DNA from: Alphaproteobacteria bacterium
GTDB taxonomy: Bacteria; Pseudomonadota; Alphaproteobacteria; MPNO01; UBA830
NCBI GenBank assembly: GCA_965243135.1
Contig: OZ251539.1
Location: 2,560,001-2,624,000 of the forward strand
DNA: 64,000 nucleotides
Direction: 5' to 3'
Below, piece by piece: positions 50,874 through 60,667 of this stretch; the stretch's first letter is position 1, and every line of letters starts with the position of its first letter. A program made the translations under genes and the position numbers. The notes below the pieces were generated by a model. That model searched no databases, was not told the origin of the DNA, and saw only the letters and a program-made list of their open reading frames with translations.

Positions 50874-51704
50874 ATGGCGAGCAACCGGCAAAAAAAGCGA
50901 ATCTTCGAAGGCATCAGGATCCTTCTGATCGTCGTTACGGCGGCAGTGATGATGATTCCGATTCTGTGGATCGCCATGGCCGCTTTCAAGACCCACGTCG
51001 ACGTCTACCAGCTCAAGGTGTTCTTCACGCCCACCCTCGAGAATTTCCGCACCGTGTTCCAGTCGCCGTACAGCCTGCACGACAAGCTGCTCAACAGCAC
51101 GATCGTGGCGTTGGCCACCGTGCTCGTCGCCGTTCCCATGGCGACCATGGCAGCCTACAGTTTCTCCCGCTTCCGGCTGGTCGGCGAACGGATCATGTTC
51201 GTCATGATCCTCGCCACCCAGTTCGTGCCGGCCGTCGTGATCGTCCTGCCGTTCTTCGTGATGTTCCGCGACCTCGGGATCCTGGACACCCGGATCGGAC
51301 TCATCGTGGTCAACCTTTCGATAGTGATGCCCTTCGCAGTATGGATGATCAAGGGCTTTATCGACGGCATACCGATCGATACCGAAGAGTCGGCGCTGGT
51401 CGACGGATCGACGCGCGCGCAGGTGATCCGCAACATCGTGCTTCCGATGGCGGCGCCCGGAATCGTCACCGCCGGAATCTTCTGCTTCATCGTCGCCTGG
51501 AACGATTTCCTGTTCGCGCTGATCCTGACCACCAACGACGCGGTCACCCTCCCGGTCGGACTCGCGCTGTTCAAGGCCGAAGAAGGCGATCTCTGGAACC
51601 TCCTGGCGGCGGCGGGCATCATCATCATGGTGCCGATGTTCGTCCTCGCCCTGATCATTCAGAAGCATTTCGTGCAAGGCATGACCATGGGAGCGGTTCG
51701 CTGA
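50874..51704 (+). CDS. ABC transporter permease
   Basis: EESALVDG, AWNDFLFA, TLPVG. Confidence 0.93.
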   Translation: MASNRQKKRIFEGIRILLIVVTAAVMMIPILWIAMAAFKTHVDVYQLKVFFTPTLENFRTVFQSPYSLHDKLLNSTIVALATVLVAVPMATMAAYSFSRFRLVGERIMFVMILATQFVPAVVIVLPFFVMFRDLGILDTRIGLIVVNLSIVMPFAVWMIKGFIDGIPIDTEESALVDGSTRAQVIRNIVLPMAAPGIVTAGIFCFIVAWNDFLFALILTTNDAVTLPVGLALFKAEEGDLWNLLAAAGIIIMVPMFVLALIIQKHFVQGMTMGAVR

Positions 51705-52768
51705 TGGCAGGCGTTACGCTGAAGAACGTCACCAAACGGTGGGGAGACGTGATCGGGGTGGACAACCAGTCGCTCGAAGTCCGCGACCGGGAGTTTCTCG
51801 TGCTGCTCGGCCCCTCGGGCTGCGGCAAGACGACGACGATGCGCATGGTGGCCGGGCTCGAGGAACCGACCGCCGGGGAAATCTGGATAGGGGACAGGCT
51901 GGTCAACGACGACCTGCCCAAGGATCGGGACGTGGCGATGGTGTTCCAGAACTACGGCCTTTATCCTCACATGACGGTGCGCGAAAACATCGCCTACCCG
52001 CTGAAGGTGCGGAAAGTCCCGAGAGACGAGTGGCGAACGCTGATCGGCCTCGCCGCCTCGCGGGTGGCGCTCGGCGACCTGCTCGATCGAAAGCCGCGCC
52101 AGCTCTCGGGCGGCCAGCGCCAGCGCGTGGCCCTGGCCCGCGCGATCGTGCGCCAGCCCAACGTCTTTCTGATGGACGAACCCCTGTCGAATCTCGACGC
52201 CAAGCTGCGGGTATCGACGCGCGCCGAATTGAAGCACCTTCAGCACGAACTCGCGACGACCACCATTTACGTCACGCACGACCAGATCGAGGCGATGACC
52301 CTGGCCGACCGCGTCGCCGTGATGAACCACGGGGTGATCCAGCAACTCGCGACTCCGGCGGAAATCTACGACAACCCCGAGAATCTCTTCGTGGCCGGCT
52401 TCATCGGTTCGCCCGCGATGAATCTCCTGAACGGCGAAACGAACGACGGAAACTTCGTCGCGGAGGGCGTCTCGATCGGCGGAATCGGCGGCCGGACGCG
52501 CTCCGGGATCGTGCTCGGCGTGCGCCCGGAGGACCTCGCCGTCGTTTCGCCGGACGAAGGGAATTTCAACGCGCCGGTCTACGCCATCGAACTCACGGGG
52601 GAATCCGTCCTCGTCACGGTGACGGCCGGCGGCCAGCACGTCTGCGCCCGCGGCCCGCGGCATATGAGCCGGGAAATCGGGGAAACCGTCGGTATCCGGG
52701 TCGACCTCACGCATGCCCATCTGTTCGACGCGGCGACCGGGCAGCGCATCGCCCGGGAGGCCGGATGA
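51704..52768 (+). CDS. ABC transporter ATP-binding protein (MalK/UgpC-like)
   Basis: GPSGCGKTT, LSGGQRQR, MDEPLSNLD, YVTHDQ. Confidence 0.95.
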   Translation: MAGVTLKNVTKRWGDVIGVDNQSLEVRDREFLVLLGPSGCGKTTTMRMVAGLEEPTAGEIWIGDRLVNDDLPKDRDVAMVFQNYGLYPHMTVRENIAYPLKVRKVPRDEWRTLIGLAASRVALGDLLDRKPRQLSGGQRQRVALARAIVRQPNVFLMDEPLSNLDAKLRVSTRAELKHLQHELATTTIYVTHDQIEAMTLADRVAVMNHGVIQQLATPAEIYDNPENLFVAGFIGSPAMNLLNGETNDGNFVAEGVSIGGIGGRTRSGIVLGVRPEDLAVVSPDEGNFNAPVYAIELTGESVLVTVTAGGQHVCARGPRHMSREIGETVGIRVDLTHAHLFDAATGQRIAREAG

Positions 52769-53454
52769 CCGAAGATTGGCTCGCGGCCCTGCGCGCCGTC
52801 GACACGCCGACGATCTGCAACGCCATCGAGGCCGTCGAGGGCGCCCGCCGCGGAACGGGTTTCACGCGCCATCCGGTCGTCGCGGCGGATCCGGCGCTGC
52901 CGCCGATGGTCGGATACGCCCGCACCGCCCGCATTCGCGCGGCCGAACCGCCGGATCTGACGCCCGATCGCGTGCGCGCGATGCGTCTCGAATACTACGA
53001 ATACGTCGCAGGCGGCGGCCCGACCGTCGTCGCGATCGAGGACGCCGATTGGCCGCGACCGGTCGGAGCGTTCTGGGGCGAGGTCAACGTGGCGATCCAC
53101 AAGGGTTTCGGCGTCGCCGGCGCGATCACGAACGGCCTCGTGCGCGATCTCGGCATGCTGGACCCCGGGTTCCAGGTACTGGCTTCCGCCGTCGGGCCGA
53201 GCCATGCGTTCGTTCATTTGATCGAATTCGATTGCCCGGTGAACGTGTTCGGCCTCGACGTTCGCCCGGGAGACCTCGTTCACGCGGACCGCCACGGCGC
53301 CGTCGTCGTCGATCCCGCAACGGCGCCGCGCCTTCCGGAGGGCATCGATCTGGTGTTGCGCAAGGAAAAGCCGGTCCTCGACGCCGCGCGCGGGCCGGAC
53401 TTCTCCGTCGAAAAGCTGAGACAGGCCTGGGGCGCCGCCGAGGATGTTCACTGA
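52765..53454 (+). CDS. RraA/HMG-aldolase-like family protein
   Basis: DTPTICNAIE, FWGEVN, TNGLVRD, PGDLVHADRHG. Confidence 0.88.
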   Translation: MTEDWLAALRAVDTPTICNAIEAVEGARRGTGFTRHPVVAADPALPPMVGYARTARIRAAEPPDLTPDRVRAMRLEYYEYVAGGGPTVVAIEDADWPRPVGAFWGEVNVAIHKGFGVAGAITNGLVRDLGMLDPGFQVLASAVGPSHAFVHLIEFDCPVNVFGLDVRPGDLVHADRHGAVVVDPATAPRLPEGIDLVLRKEKPVLDAARGPDFSVEKLRQAWGAAEDVH

Positions 53455-53526
53455 AGCGGCCGGGCCGGTTGTCCGGCGAACGAAATCCGGTATACCCTCC
53501 GGGCGTTGCGGATCGCGAGGCGGGAA

Positions 53527-54558
53527 ATGACGGAATGGACGCCGGAAGCCATGCGCCGACGAGTCGCGCGGTACGGCGACCTCGCGCCCTGCCGCAACGC
53601 TTTCGTCGACGCGCGCACCCCCGGCTCCGCCGAAAAGGAGAACTTCGCGATCATCGGTCCCGGCGTCTCGGAAAACCCGAACCAGCGCGTCCACATCCGC
53701 GAGCCGCACGGCTTCAACGTGGGCGGCGCGCGCCAGCCGGCCGGCTGCCTCAATTCCCAGCATAGCCACCGAACGGCCGAAGTCTTCGTGGTGCATTCGG
53801 GGCGCTGGCGCTTTCTCCTCGGCGTCGACGCCGACGACGCCCGGTTCGATCTCGGACCGGGCGACGTCGTCTCGATGCCGGTATCCATGTTCCGGGGCTT
53901 CGAAAAGCTCGACGACGGCCGCGGATTCCTGTGGGCGGTGCTCGGCGGCGACGACCCGGGTCGCGTGACGTGGGCGCCGCGCGTATTCGAACTGGCGGCG
54001 AGGCACGGCCTCGTGCTTCTCAAGGGAGGTCGCCTGATCGATACCGCGGCCGGCGAGACGGTGCCGCCCGGCGCCGAAATCGAGACGCCGCCGACCGCCG
54101 AACAGATGGCGGCCTACGGAACGCCGCCGATGGAAAAACTCGCCGCGTGCATCGCCGGGTTCGCGGACCTCGCCGGCAACCCCGCCTCGCCGCTCGCGGC
54201 CGACGGCGTCGAGGAATGCCCGGTGATCACCCCGCAGGCGACGGGAGACGGTTTCGCGCCGGGACCGATCGAAGGATGGTGGCCGCACGGCTTCAACCTG
54301 CGCTGCCTCAAGATGCGGGCGAACGCCGCGACGCCGTTCCACGCGCGCGGCGAGCCGGAGGTGCTGTTCGCGCACCGCGGCGCTGTCGAGGTCGCGTGGG
54401 CCGGCGGTTCGCTGACGCTCCGGCCCGGCGACACCATGACCGTGCCGGTGGGGCTCCCGCGAGCGTTTCGGGCCGCCGCGGCCGGCGCCGTCGCCTACGT
54501 CGTTCGCGGCGGCGACGCGCCGGCCGCTCCGGCGTTCGCGGACCGGGAGGCGGCCTGA
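53527..54558 (+). CDS. Bicupin protein of unknown function
   Basis: SQHSH..AEVFVVHSG; second cupin H...EPEV...PGD..VP. Confidence 0.8.
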   Translation: MTEWTPEAMRRRVARYGDLAPCRNAFVDARTPGSAEKENFAIIGPGVSENPNQRVHIREPHGFNVGGARQPAGCLNSQHSHRTAEVFVVHSGRWRFLLGVDADDARFDLGPGDVVSMPVSMFRGFEKLDDGRGFLWAVLGGDDPGRVTWAPRVFELAARHGLVLLKGGRLIDTAAGETVPPGAEIETPPTAEQMAAYGTPPMEKLAACIAGFADLAGNPASPLAADGVEECPVITPQATGDGFAPGPIEGWWPHGFNLRCLKMRANAATPFHARGEPEVLFAHRGAVEVAWAGGSLTLRPGDTMTVPVGLPRAFRAAAAGAVAYVVRGGDAPAAPAFADREAA

Positions 54559-54560
54559 CG

Positions 54561-55685
54561 ATGCCCCGCATCCCGACGACCCACGTCGGCTCGCTTCCGC
54601 GAACCCGGGCGGTGACCGACGTCGTCTTCGCCCGCGAGCGCGGAGAGCCGGTGGAGAAGGCCGAATTCGACCGGGCGGTCGGCGAAGCCGTCGGCGCGGT
54701 CGTCGCGCGCCAGCGCGACATCGGCATCGACCTGCCGTCCGACGGCGAGATGTCGAAGATCTCCTACGCCACCTACGTCAAGGACCGCCTCTCCGGTTTC
54801 GACGGCGACAGTCCGCGCCGCGCGCCGGCGGACCTCGAGGAATATCCGGACTTTCTCGAAAAACTGGCGAAGAGCGGCGGAACGCCGACCTACCGGCGGC
54901 CGAAATGCGTGGGTCCGATCGCGGTCAAGGATCTCTCGCCGCTCCGCGACGACATCGCCAACATGAAGTCCGCGATGGCGGCGGCGGATTACGCCGAAGG
55001 ATTCATGAACGCCGCCGCCCCGGGCGTGATCACGTTGTTCCAGCCGAGCGACTATCATGCGACCCACGAGGCCTATCTCGAAGACGTCGCCGAGGCGATG
55101 CGCCGGGAATACGAGGAGATCGCGTCGGCCGGGCTGATCCTGCAGCTCGATTCGCCCGACATCGGCCTCGGGCGCCACACCATGTTCAAGGAGCTTTCCG
55201 ACGACGACTACCTGGCCCGGGCCGAGTTGCACGTCGACGTGCTGAACCATGCGCTGAGGAACGTGCAGGCCGACCGGATGCGCATTCACGCGTGCTGGGG
55301 AAACTACGAGGGCCCGCACACCCACGACATCCCCTTGCCGAAGCTCCTGCCGATCCTCCTCAAGGCGAAACCGAAGGCGCTGCTGGTGGAAGCCGCCAAT
55401 CCGCGCCACGCCCACGAATGGCGGGTCTGGCGGGATCTGCCCGACGATCGCGTGCTGATTCCGGGCGTGATCGACACCACGACGAATTTCGTCGAGCACC
55501 CGGAACTGGTCGCGGAACGCATCGAGCGGTTCGCCGGAATCGTCGGCCGCGAGCGCGTCGTCGCGGGCACGGATTGCGGCTTCGCCACCTTCGCGGGCTT
55601 CGGCGCCGTCGACGGCGAAATCGCTTTCGCCAAGCTGGGCAGCCTCGTGGAGGGCGCGGAGATCGCCGGCCGCCGGCTGCGCTGA
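54561..55685 (+). CDS. Cobalamin-independent methionine synthase II family (single-barrel Zn thiol alkyltransferase-like)
   Basis: TTHVGSLPR, SDGE, HACWGNYEGPH, PGVID, GTDCGF. Confidence 0.88.
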   Translation: MPRIPTTHVGSLPRTRAVTDVVFARERGEPVEKAEFDRAVGEAVGAVVARQRDIGIDLPSDGEMSKISYATYVKDRLSGFDGDSPRRAPADLEEYPDFLEKLAKSGGTPTYRRPKCVGPIAVKDLSPLRDDIANMKSAMAAADYAEGFMNAAAPGVITLFQPSDYHATHEAYLEDVAEAMRREYEEIASAGLILQLDSPDIGLGRHTMFKELSDDDYLARAELHVDVLNHALRNVQADRMRIHACWGNYEGPHTHDIPLPKLLPILLKAKPKALLVEAANPRHAHEWRVWRDLPDDRVLIPGVIDTTTNFVEHPELVAERIERFAGIVGRERVVAGTDCGFATFAGFGAVDGEIAFAKLGSLVEGAEIAGRRLR

Positions 55686-55698
55686 CGGCGGCGGCCTT

Positions 55699-56694
55699 TC
55701 AGTCGAAGGACCGGTTCATCAGCCGTTCGGCGTTCTTCCGGTAGATCTTCTCTTTCACGTCGTCCTCGAACTCCATGATCTCCAGCGATTCGAAGGTTTC
55801 CTTCACCGGCGCGAAAGGCGCGTCGGTCGAAAAGACGACGCGATCGGGTCCGAAGAACTGCAACCCGGCACCGAAAGCGAGGGACGACCCGAACATCGCG
55901 GTGTCGCCGTAGAACATCCTGAAATACTCGGCGTGCGGCCTTTCGAGGGACGGCAGCACCGCCGAATAGTCCTCGTCCGACGTGCGCGCGCCGAGAACGG
56001 CGAGTCCCGGCCCGACCCGCCCCTCGAAATAGGGAATCATTCCGCCCAGATGATGCGTGAGTATCTTGATCCCGGGGTAACGGTCGAACAATCCCCACAG
56101 GACCAGCCGGATCATGGCGGCGGACGTCTCGTAGGGCCAGCCCAGCGCCCACCAGATCTCGTAGCGGGATCTCTCCTCCGCCGCGTAGTCGGCCATCGAA
56201 GCCGAGCGGGCGGGATGCATCCAGATCGGCAGGTCGTATTCCGCCATGGCCGCGAAAACCGGCTCGAAATCTTCCGAGTCGAGCGGCCGGCCGCCGACGT
56301 TCGTGAATATCTGCGCGCCGACGGCCCCCAGATCGCCCACCGCCCGGTGCAGTTCGTCCATGGTCTCGTCCATGGCGTGCATCGCGAGCGCGGCGACGAA
56401 ACCGGGAAACCGGTCGTTGTGTTTCTCGACCAGGTCCGCCATCGCGTCGTTGCCGACGCGCGCGAGTTCGATGCCCTGCGCGGGCGTCGCGATATCCTCG
56501 ATCGGCGGATTCGGAAGCGAAACGATCTGGCGGTAGTCGCCGAACGGATCCATCGCCCGGAACCGCGCGTCGAGATCGTGAAGCGGCTTCACGGCCTGCA
56601 TGCGCTTGCCGATGTTGTCCAGCCTCGGAGCGATCCGGCTCATTCTTTCGTAGAAGGAGCCGGGGAATATGTGCGTATAGCTGTCCAGGCGCAC
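55699..56694 (-). CDS. Amidohydrolase_2 family protein (ACMSD/LigW-like)
   Basis: DSYTH, IWMHP, HHLGG.IP, YGDT, FSTDAPF. Confidence 0.87.
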   Translation of the reverse strand: MRLDSYTHIFPGSFYERMSRIAPRLDNIGKRMQAVKPLHDLDARFRAMDPFGDYRQIVSLPNPPIEDIATPAQGIELARVGNDAMADLVEKHNDRFPGFVAALAMHAMDETMDELHRAVGDLGAVGAQIFTNVGGRPLDSEDFEPVFAAMAEYDLPIWMHPARSASMADYAAEERSRYEIWWALGWPYETSAAMIRLVLWGLFDRYPGIKILTHHLGGMIPYFEGRVGPGLAVLGARTSDEDYSAVLPSLERPHAEYFRMFYGDTAMFGSSLAFGAGLQFFGPDRVVFSTDAPFAPVKETFESLEIMEFEDDVKEKIYRKNAERLMNRSFD

Positions 56695-56753
56695 GGACTC
56701 TCTCCTGAGCGCGGGAAAAGGCCGTCCCGGCCCTGCGGACGGGACGGCCGCCT

Positions 56754-57413
56754 TCAGTCGGGATCCGGCGTCAGCCGCAGATACGGCTTCAGCTCCTTGA
56801 ATCCCCTCGGGAACTTCTCCCTGGCCTCGTCGTTGGACACCGAAGTGACGATGATCACGTCCTCTCCGGGCTTCCAGTTCACCGGCGTCGCCACCGGCCG
56901 GCGATCGGTGAGTTGCATCGAATCGACGACGCGCAGGATCTCGTCGAAGTTTCGCCCGGTCGTCATAGGATAGGTGAGCTGAAGGCGGATCTTCTTTTCC
57001 GGCCCGATGACGAAAACCGTGCGAACCGTCTGGTTGTCGGCCGGCGTCCGCTCCGAAGGATCGCCGCTCGCGCTGGCCGGCAGCATGTCGTAGAGCTTCG
57101 CCACCTTGAGTTCCGGATCGCCGATGATCGGATACTCGGGCGCCGCGCCCTGCGTTTCCTCGATGTCCTTCGACCATGCGTCGTGGTCGCCGACCGCGTC
57201 CGCCGAAAGTCCGATCACCTTGACGCCGCGCTTGTCGAACTCCGGCTTGAGCTTCGCCATGTAACCGAGTTCGGTGGTGCAGACGGGCGTGAAGTCCTTC
57301 GGATGAGAAAAGAGTATCGCCCAGCTGTCGCCGATCCACTCGTGGAAGCCGATTCGTCCGCCGGTCGTCTCGGCTTCGAAATCCGGCGCGATGTCGCCGA
57401 TGCGCAGTCCCAT
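56754..57413 (-). CDS. 1-Cys peroxiredoxin (Prx6)
   Basis: FSHPKDFTPVCTTE, YPMTTGRNFDE. Confidence 0.95.
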   Translation of the reverse strand: MGLRIGDIAPDFEAETTGGRIGFHEWIGDSWAILFSHPKDFTPVCTTELGYMAKLKPEFDKRGVKVIGLSADAVGDHDAWSKDIEETQGAAPEYPIIGDPELKVAKLYDMLPASASGDPSERTPADNQTVRTVFVIGPEKKIRLQLTYPMTTGRNFDEILRVVDSMQLTDRRPVATPVNWKPGEDVIIVTSVSNDEAREKFPRGFKELKPYLRLTPDPD

Positions 57414-57593
57414 GTCGGTTCTCCTTCCGCCGTGTCCGATCTGAGGTATGAACTGCCCGCGGCCAAGTCAAGCGCACGGCCGCGAAGAAAAATTCCGGTC
57501 GCGGGAAAATGAATTCCGAAAGACGTTCGGGAGTCGCTCCCATCTGCTATATTCGGCGCGCGCGCTGTCGCGAAATTGCCGAAGGAATTTTCG

Positions 57594-58553
57594 ATGGATG
57601 CCGCCGTACCGGCAACCGCCGCGTCGCTCGACCCGGCCAAGTTTCAGAATCCCCGCACGACGGCGGCAGGAGAGGCGCGCGCGGTCGTATCCCTGAACCG
57701 CCTGCGCACCCTCTGGTTCAACACCGGCACGCGCTGCAACCTCACCTGCATCAACTGCTACATCGAATCGAGCCCGGTCAACGACCGGCTGGCGTACATC
57801 GCGACCGAAGAGGTCCGCGCCTATCTCGACGAGATCGCTGTCCAGGAACTGGACACCGAGGAGATCGGCTTCACGGGCGGCGAACCGTTCATCAATCCCG
57901 ACATGGCCGGAATACTCGGCCTGACGCTTTCGCGCGGCTTCCGCGCGCTGGTGCTGACCAACGCCATGAAGCCGATGTGGAAGATGCGCGAGAGCCTGCT
58001 CCGCCTTCGCGAAACGCATGGCGACCGGCTGGCGATGCGCGTTTCGATCGATCACTACGACCGTGCGCTCCACGAGGAGGAACGCGGGCCCAACGCCTGG
58101 GAGCCGACGATCCGGGGACTGCGGTGGCTGGCCGGCAACGGTTTCAATCTTACCGTCGCCGGACGGACCATGTGGAACGAGGACGAGAACGCGCTGCGCG
58201 CCGGCTACGCCGCGCTCTTCTCGGAGCTCGGCGTCGGGGTGGACGCCTACGATCCGGTCGCGCTGGTGCTGTTCCCGGAAATGGACCAGACCAGCGACGT
58301 GCCGGAAATCACCGTGCGCTGCTGGAGCCTCCTGGGCGTGTCGCCCGACGCGATGATGTGCGCCGATTCGCGGATGGTGATCAAGCGCAAGGGAGCCGAC
58401 CGGCCCGTCGTCGTTCCGTGCACGCTGCTGCCTTACGACGGCCGCTTCGAATTGGGCGAGACCCTTGCGGAGGCGGACGCGGAAGTGCCCCTCAACCATC
58501 CCCACTGCGCCAGGTTCTGCGTCCTCGGCGGCGGAAGCTGCAGCAAGGGCTGA
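57594..58553 (+). CDS. Radical SAM protein (ArsS-like)
   Basis: CNLTCINC, FTGGEP; C-terminal HPHCARFCVLGGGSC. Confidence 0.85.
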   Translation: MDAAVPATAASLDPAKFQNPRTTAAGEARAVVSLNRLRTLWFNTGTRCNLTCINCYIESSPVNDRLAYIATEEVRAYLDEIAVQELDTEEIGFTGGEPFINPDMAGILGLTLSRGFRALVLTNAMKPMWKMRESLLRLRETHGDRLAMRVSIDHYDRALHEEERGPNAWEPTIRGLRWLAGNGFNLTVAGRTMWNEDENALRAGYAALFSELGVGVDAYDPVALVLFPEMDQTSDVPEITVRCWSLLGVSPDAMMCADSRMVIKRKGADRPVVVPCTLLPYDGRFELGETLAEADAEVPLNHPHCARFCVLGGGSCSKG

Positions 58554-58582
58554 AGCGCGCCGCGCCGCCGGCGCCGTTCCTC

Positions 58583-59284
58583 CTACAACTTCTCCGAGAG
58601 CCACGCCGCCATCCTGGCGAAGGACTCGGCCGTCGCCCGGGCGCGGTAACCCTCCGGGTTGGTGAAGTTCTGGAAGGCGTGCCCGCAGCCGTCGAAAACG
58701 TGGAACTCGCGCTCGACGCCCAGCGCGGCCAGCCGCGAATCGATCCGCTCGACGTCCGCCGGCGAGGGATTCTCGTCGTCCGCGCCGAAAAACCCGAGAA
58801 CCGGACAGCGCAGCCCGTCCAGCCTGTCGAACGGCGGCGCTTCTCCTTTTCCCCAGGTCCGGAACATGTTGCCGCCGTAATGCACGACGCAGGCCTTGAA
58901 CGCCGGGAGGCTGGCGGCCCCGAGAAAGGACACCCGCCCTCCCATGCAGTGACCCGCGATCGCGATGCGGTCCATGTCGACGTTTCCGAGTTCCAGGAAG
59001 CGGGCGACCGCGGCTTCCAGATCGGCGAGGATCTGGAGATCGTCGAGGTTTCGGAGCGACTCGCGGGTGTCCTCGCCGTCCGGACGGCGGTGATGCAGGT
59101 CGGGGGCGGCGGCGGCGTAGCCCAGGCCGGCGAGATCCTGAACGAACTTCGTGGTCGCCACGTCGAGGCCGGCCCGGTGATGGGCGACGACGACCGCGGG
59201 AAACGGGCCGTCGCCGGCCGGCGCGTCCGCGAAGACGGCCATCCGGCCGCCGTCCGCCTCGAGAGTCTCGCGTCTTGCAACCAT
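58583..59284 (-). CDS. Dienelactone hydrolase family protein
   Basis: APDL, GHCMGG, GADD, GHAF. Confidence 0.9.
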   Translation of the reverse strand: MVARRETLEADGGRMAVFADAPAGDGPFPAVVVAHHRAGLDVATTKFVQDLAGLGYAAAAPDLHHRRPDGEDTRESLRNLDDLQILADLEAAVARFLELGNVDMDRIAIAGHCMGGRVSFLGAASLPAFKACVVHYGGNMFRTWGKGEAPPFDRLDGLRCPVLGFFGADDENPSPADVERIDSRLAALGVEREFHVFDGCGHAFQNFTNPEGYRARATAESFARMAAWLSEKL

Positions 59285-59748
59285 GTCTCCGGTTCCTCCT
59301 TCAAATCGCGCCGACGCGAACGCGCGGTTTCCGACGGGCTTCTCCCCCGTCGGCGGCAACTCCCCGCGGCGCTCGGAACCGTCCTTCGCTCCGAAATCCG
59401 TCCGGTCCCCGCCCGAGGCTTCTCTCTTCAAGCCCCGGCCGCCGAAATGCCGCCGGCATTCCTCCGGGGACGCCGCGGACGGCGGCCCCCGCCTCGCGCC
59501 GGGCGTAACAGCCTGCCACCGACCTCCCGGTCCTGCACCGCATTTCGCTTCGTCCCGCCTTCCGAGGTCGTCCCTTGGCGCACGGCAGCGTTCGTTCGCC
59601 CCTCTCTCCGCCGAATCCAAGCCGCTTCCCGATCCTGGCGTTCGCCTCGCCGCGTATAGCCCCGCCTTCGCGCCGCGACGCCCGAACGCGGAACGGTTGT
59701 GTCGGCGCAGGATAGCGGCGCGAGGCCGGGAGAACCACCCCCAAAGTT

Positions 59749-59984
59749 CAGACCTCCTGACATGGTATGCGTAACTGAAAGATTTTGCTTGATTTTTCCT
59801 CAGTTCGTCGTAAATTAGAATGTACCAATTTCTGGAGAGCGCCATGTTTCAGTCCCGCTTCAACACGGCGCTTCGGGAACTTCGTGCCACTCGCGAAGGC
59901 CATGCCTACCCCGGCACCGGGCTGAAACTGGCGTTCGAGGGACCCCTGCTGGCAAATTGAATTTACGCGATGTCAGGAGGTCTG
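59749..59984. mobile_element. 236-bp MITE / internally deleted IS
   Basis: Perfect 15-bp IRs cagacctcctgacat / atgtcaggaggtctg; 5-bp duplication AAGTT at 59744-59748 and 59985-59989; more AT-rich than its flanks. Confidence 0.88.
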
Positions 59985-60299
59985 AAGTTACATGCTACGG
60001 GGTGAGCAGGCCCCGATCATGAGCGTTTCCGCGCCGCCTGACCGCTTATCGACGTTTCGTCGCGACTGGACGCCCGCCTGCAGAAGCCGCCGCGTCGCGC
60101 TGCAAAGTTCGATGGAGCCGTCAGGGCTTCAGCTTCGAGTCCCCGCCCGACCGTTTCGCATGGAACGACGCGGGGCTCCTTTTGCGTCGAACGCCCGCGC
60201 GGGCGGGCTTCGGCCTCGTCACGCCCGCCATGGCATCGCCTCCGTCGGCCCGTTTGTCCGGCGACCGCGGCGCGATTCCGAGAACAGTTCGAGCGGCGG

Positions 60300-60600
60300 T
60301 TATTGTCGAGATCCGGAAGATGTCCGCCGAATCCCGGCGATCCGCCGACTGCCGGACAACGGCAAATGGAGAATGGCGGCCGCGACAAGGGCCGCGGCGG
60401 CGACCAGCGACGGCGGCGCATAGCTGCCCGGCAGGTCGTAAGCCACCCCTCCGAAAAGCGGACCGACCATCTGGCCAATCCCGAACGAAGCGGTCATCAA
60501 GGCGAGAACCCGGCGCGAATCGCCCACGGACAACAGGCGCACATGGACGAGGCCAAGCGCGGCAATCCCCATGAAGGCGCCGCCAAGAGAAGCCAGAGGT
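60300..60600 (-). pseudogene. C-terminal fragment of an MFS transporter (YbfB/YjiJ-like)
   Basis: LGGAFMGIAALG...ALMTASFGIGQMVGP..G...GSY; no start, truncated at the AAA copy 3 flank. Confidence 0.7.
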
Positions 60601-60667
60601 CGTCGCCGAATGCGCTGAGGGCGCCGCCTGCCGAAATGTCCGAACGGGTCGTCGACTGCTCCCGGCT

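Noticed and set aside
59290-59740. GC-rich intergenic stretch with hairpins upstream of the dienelactone hydrolase
   Set aside because: No periodicity or known RNA motif; hairpins are expected at this GC content
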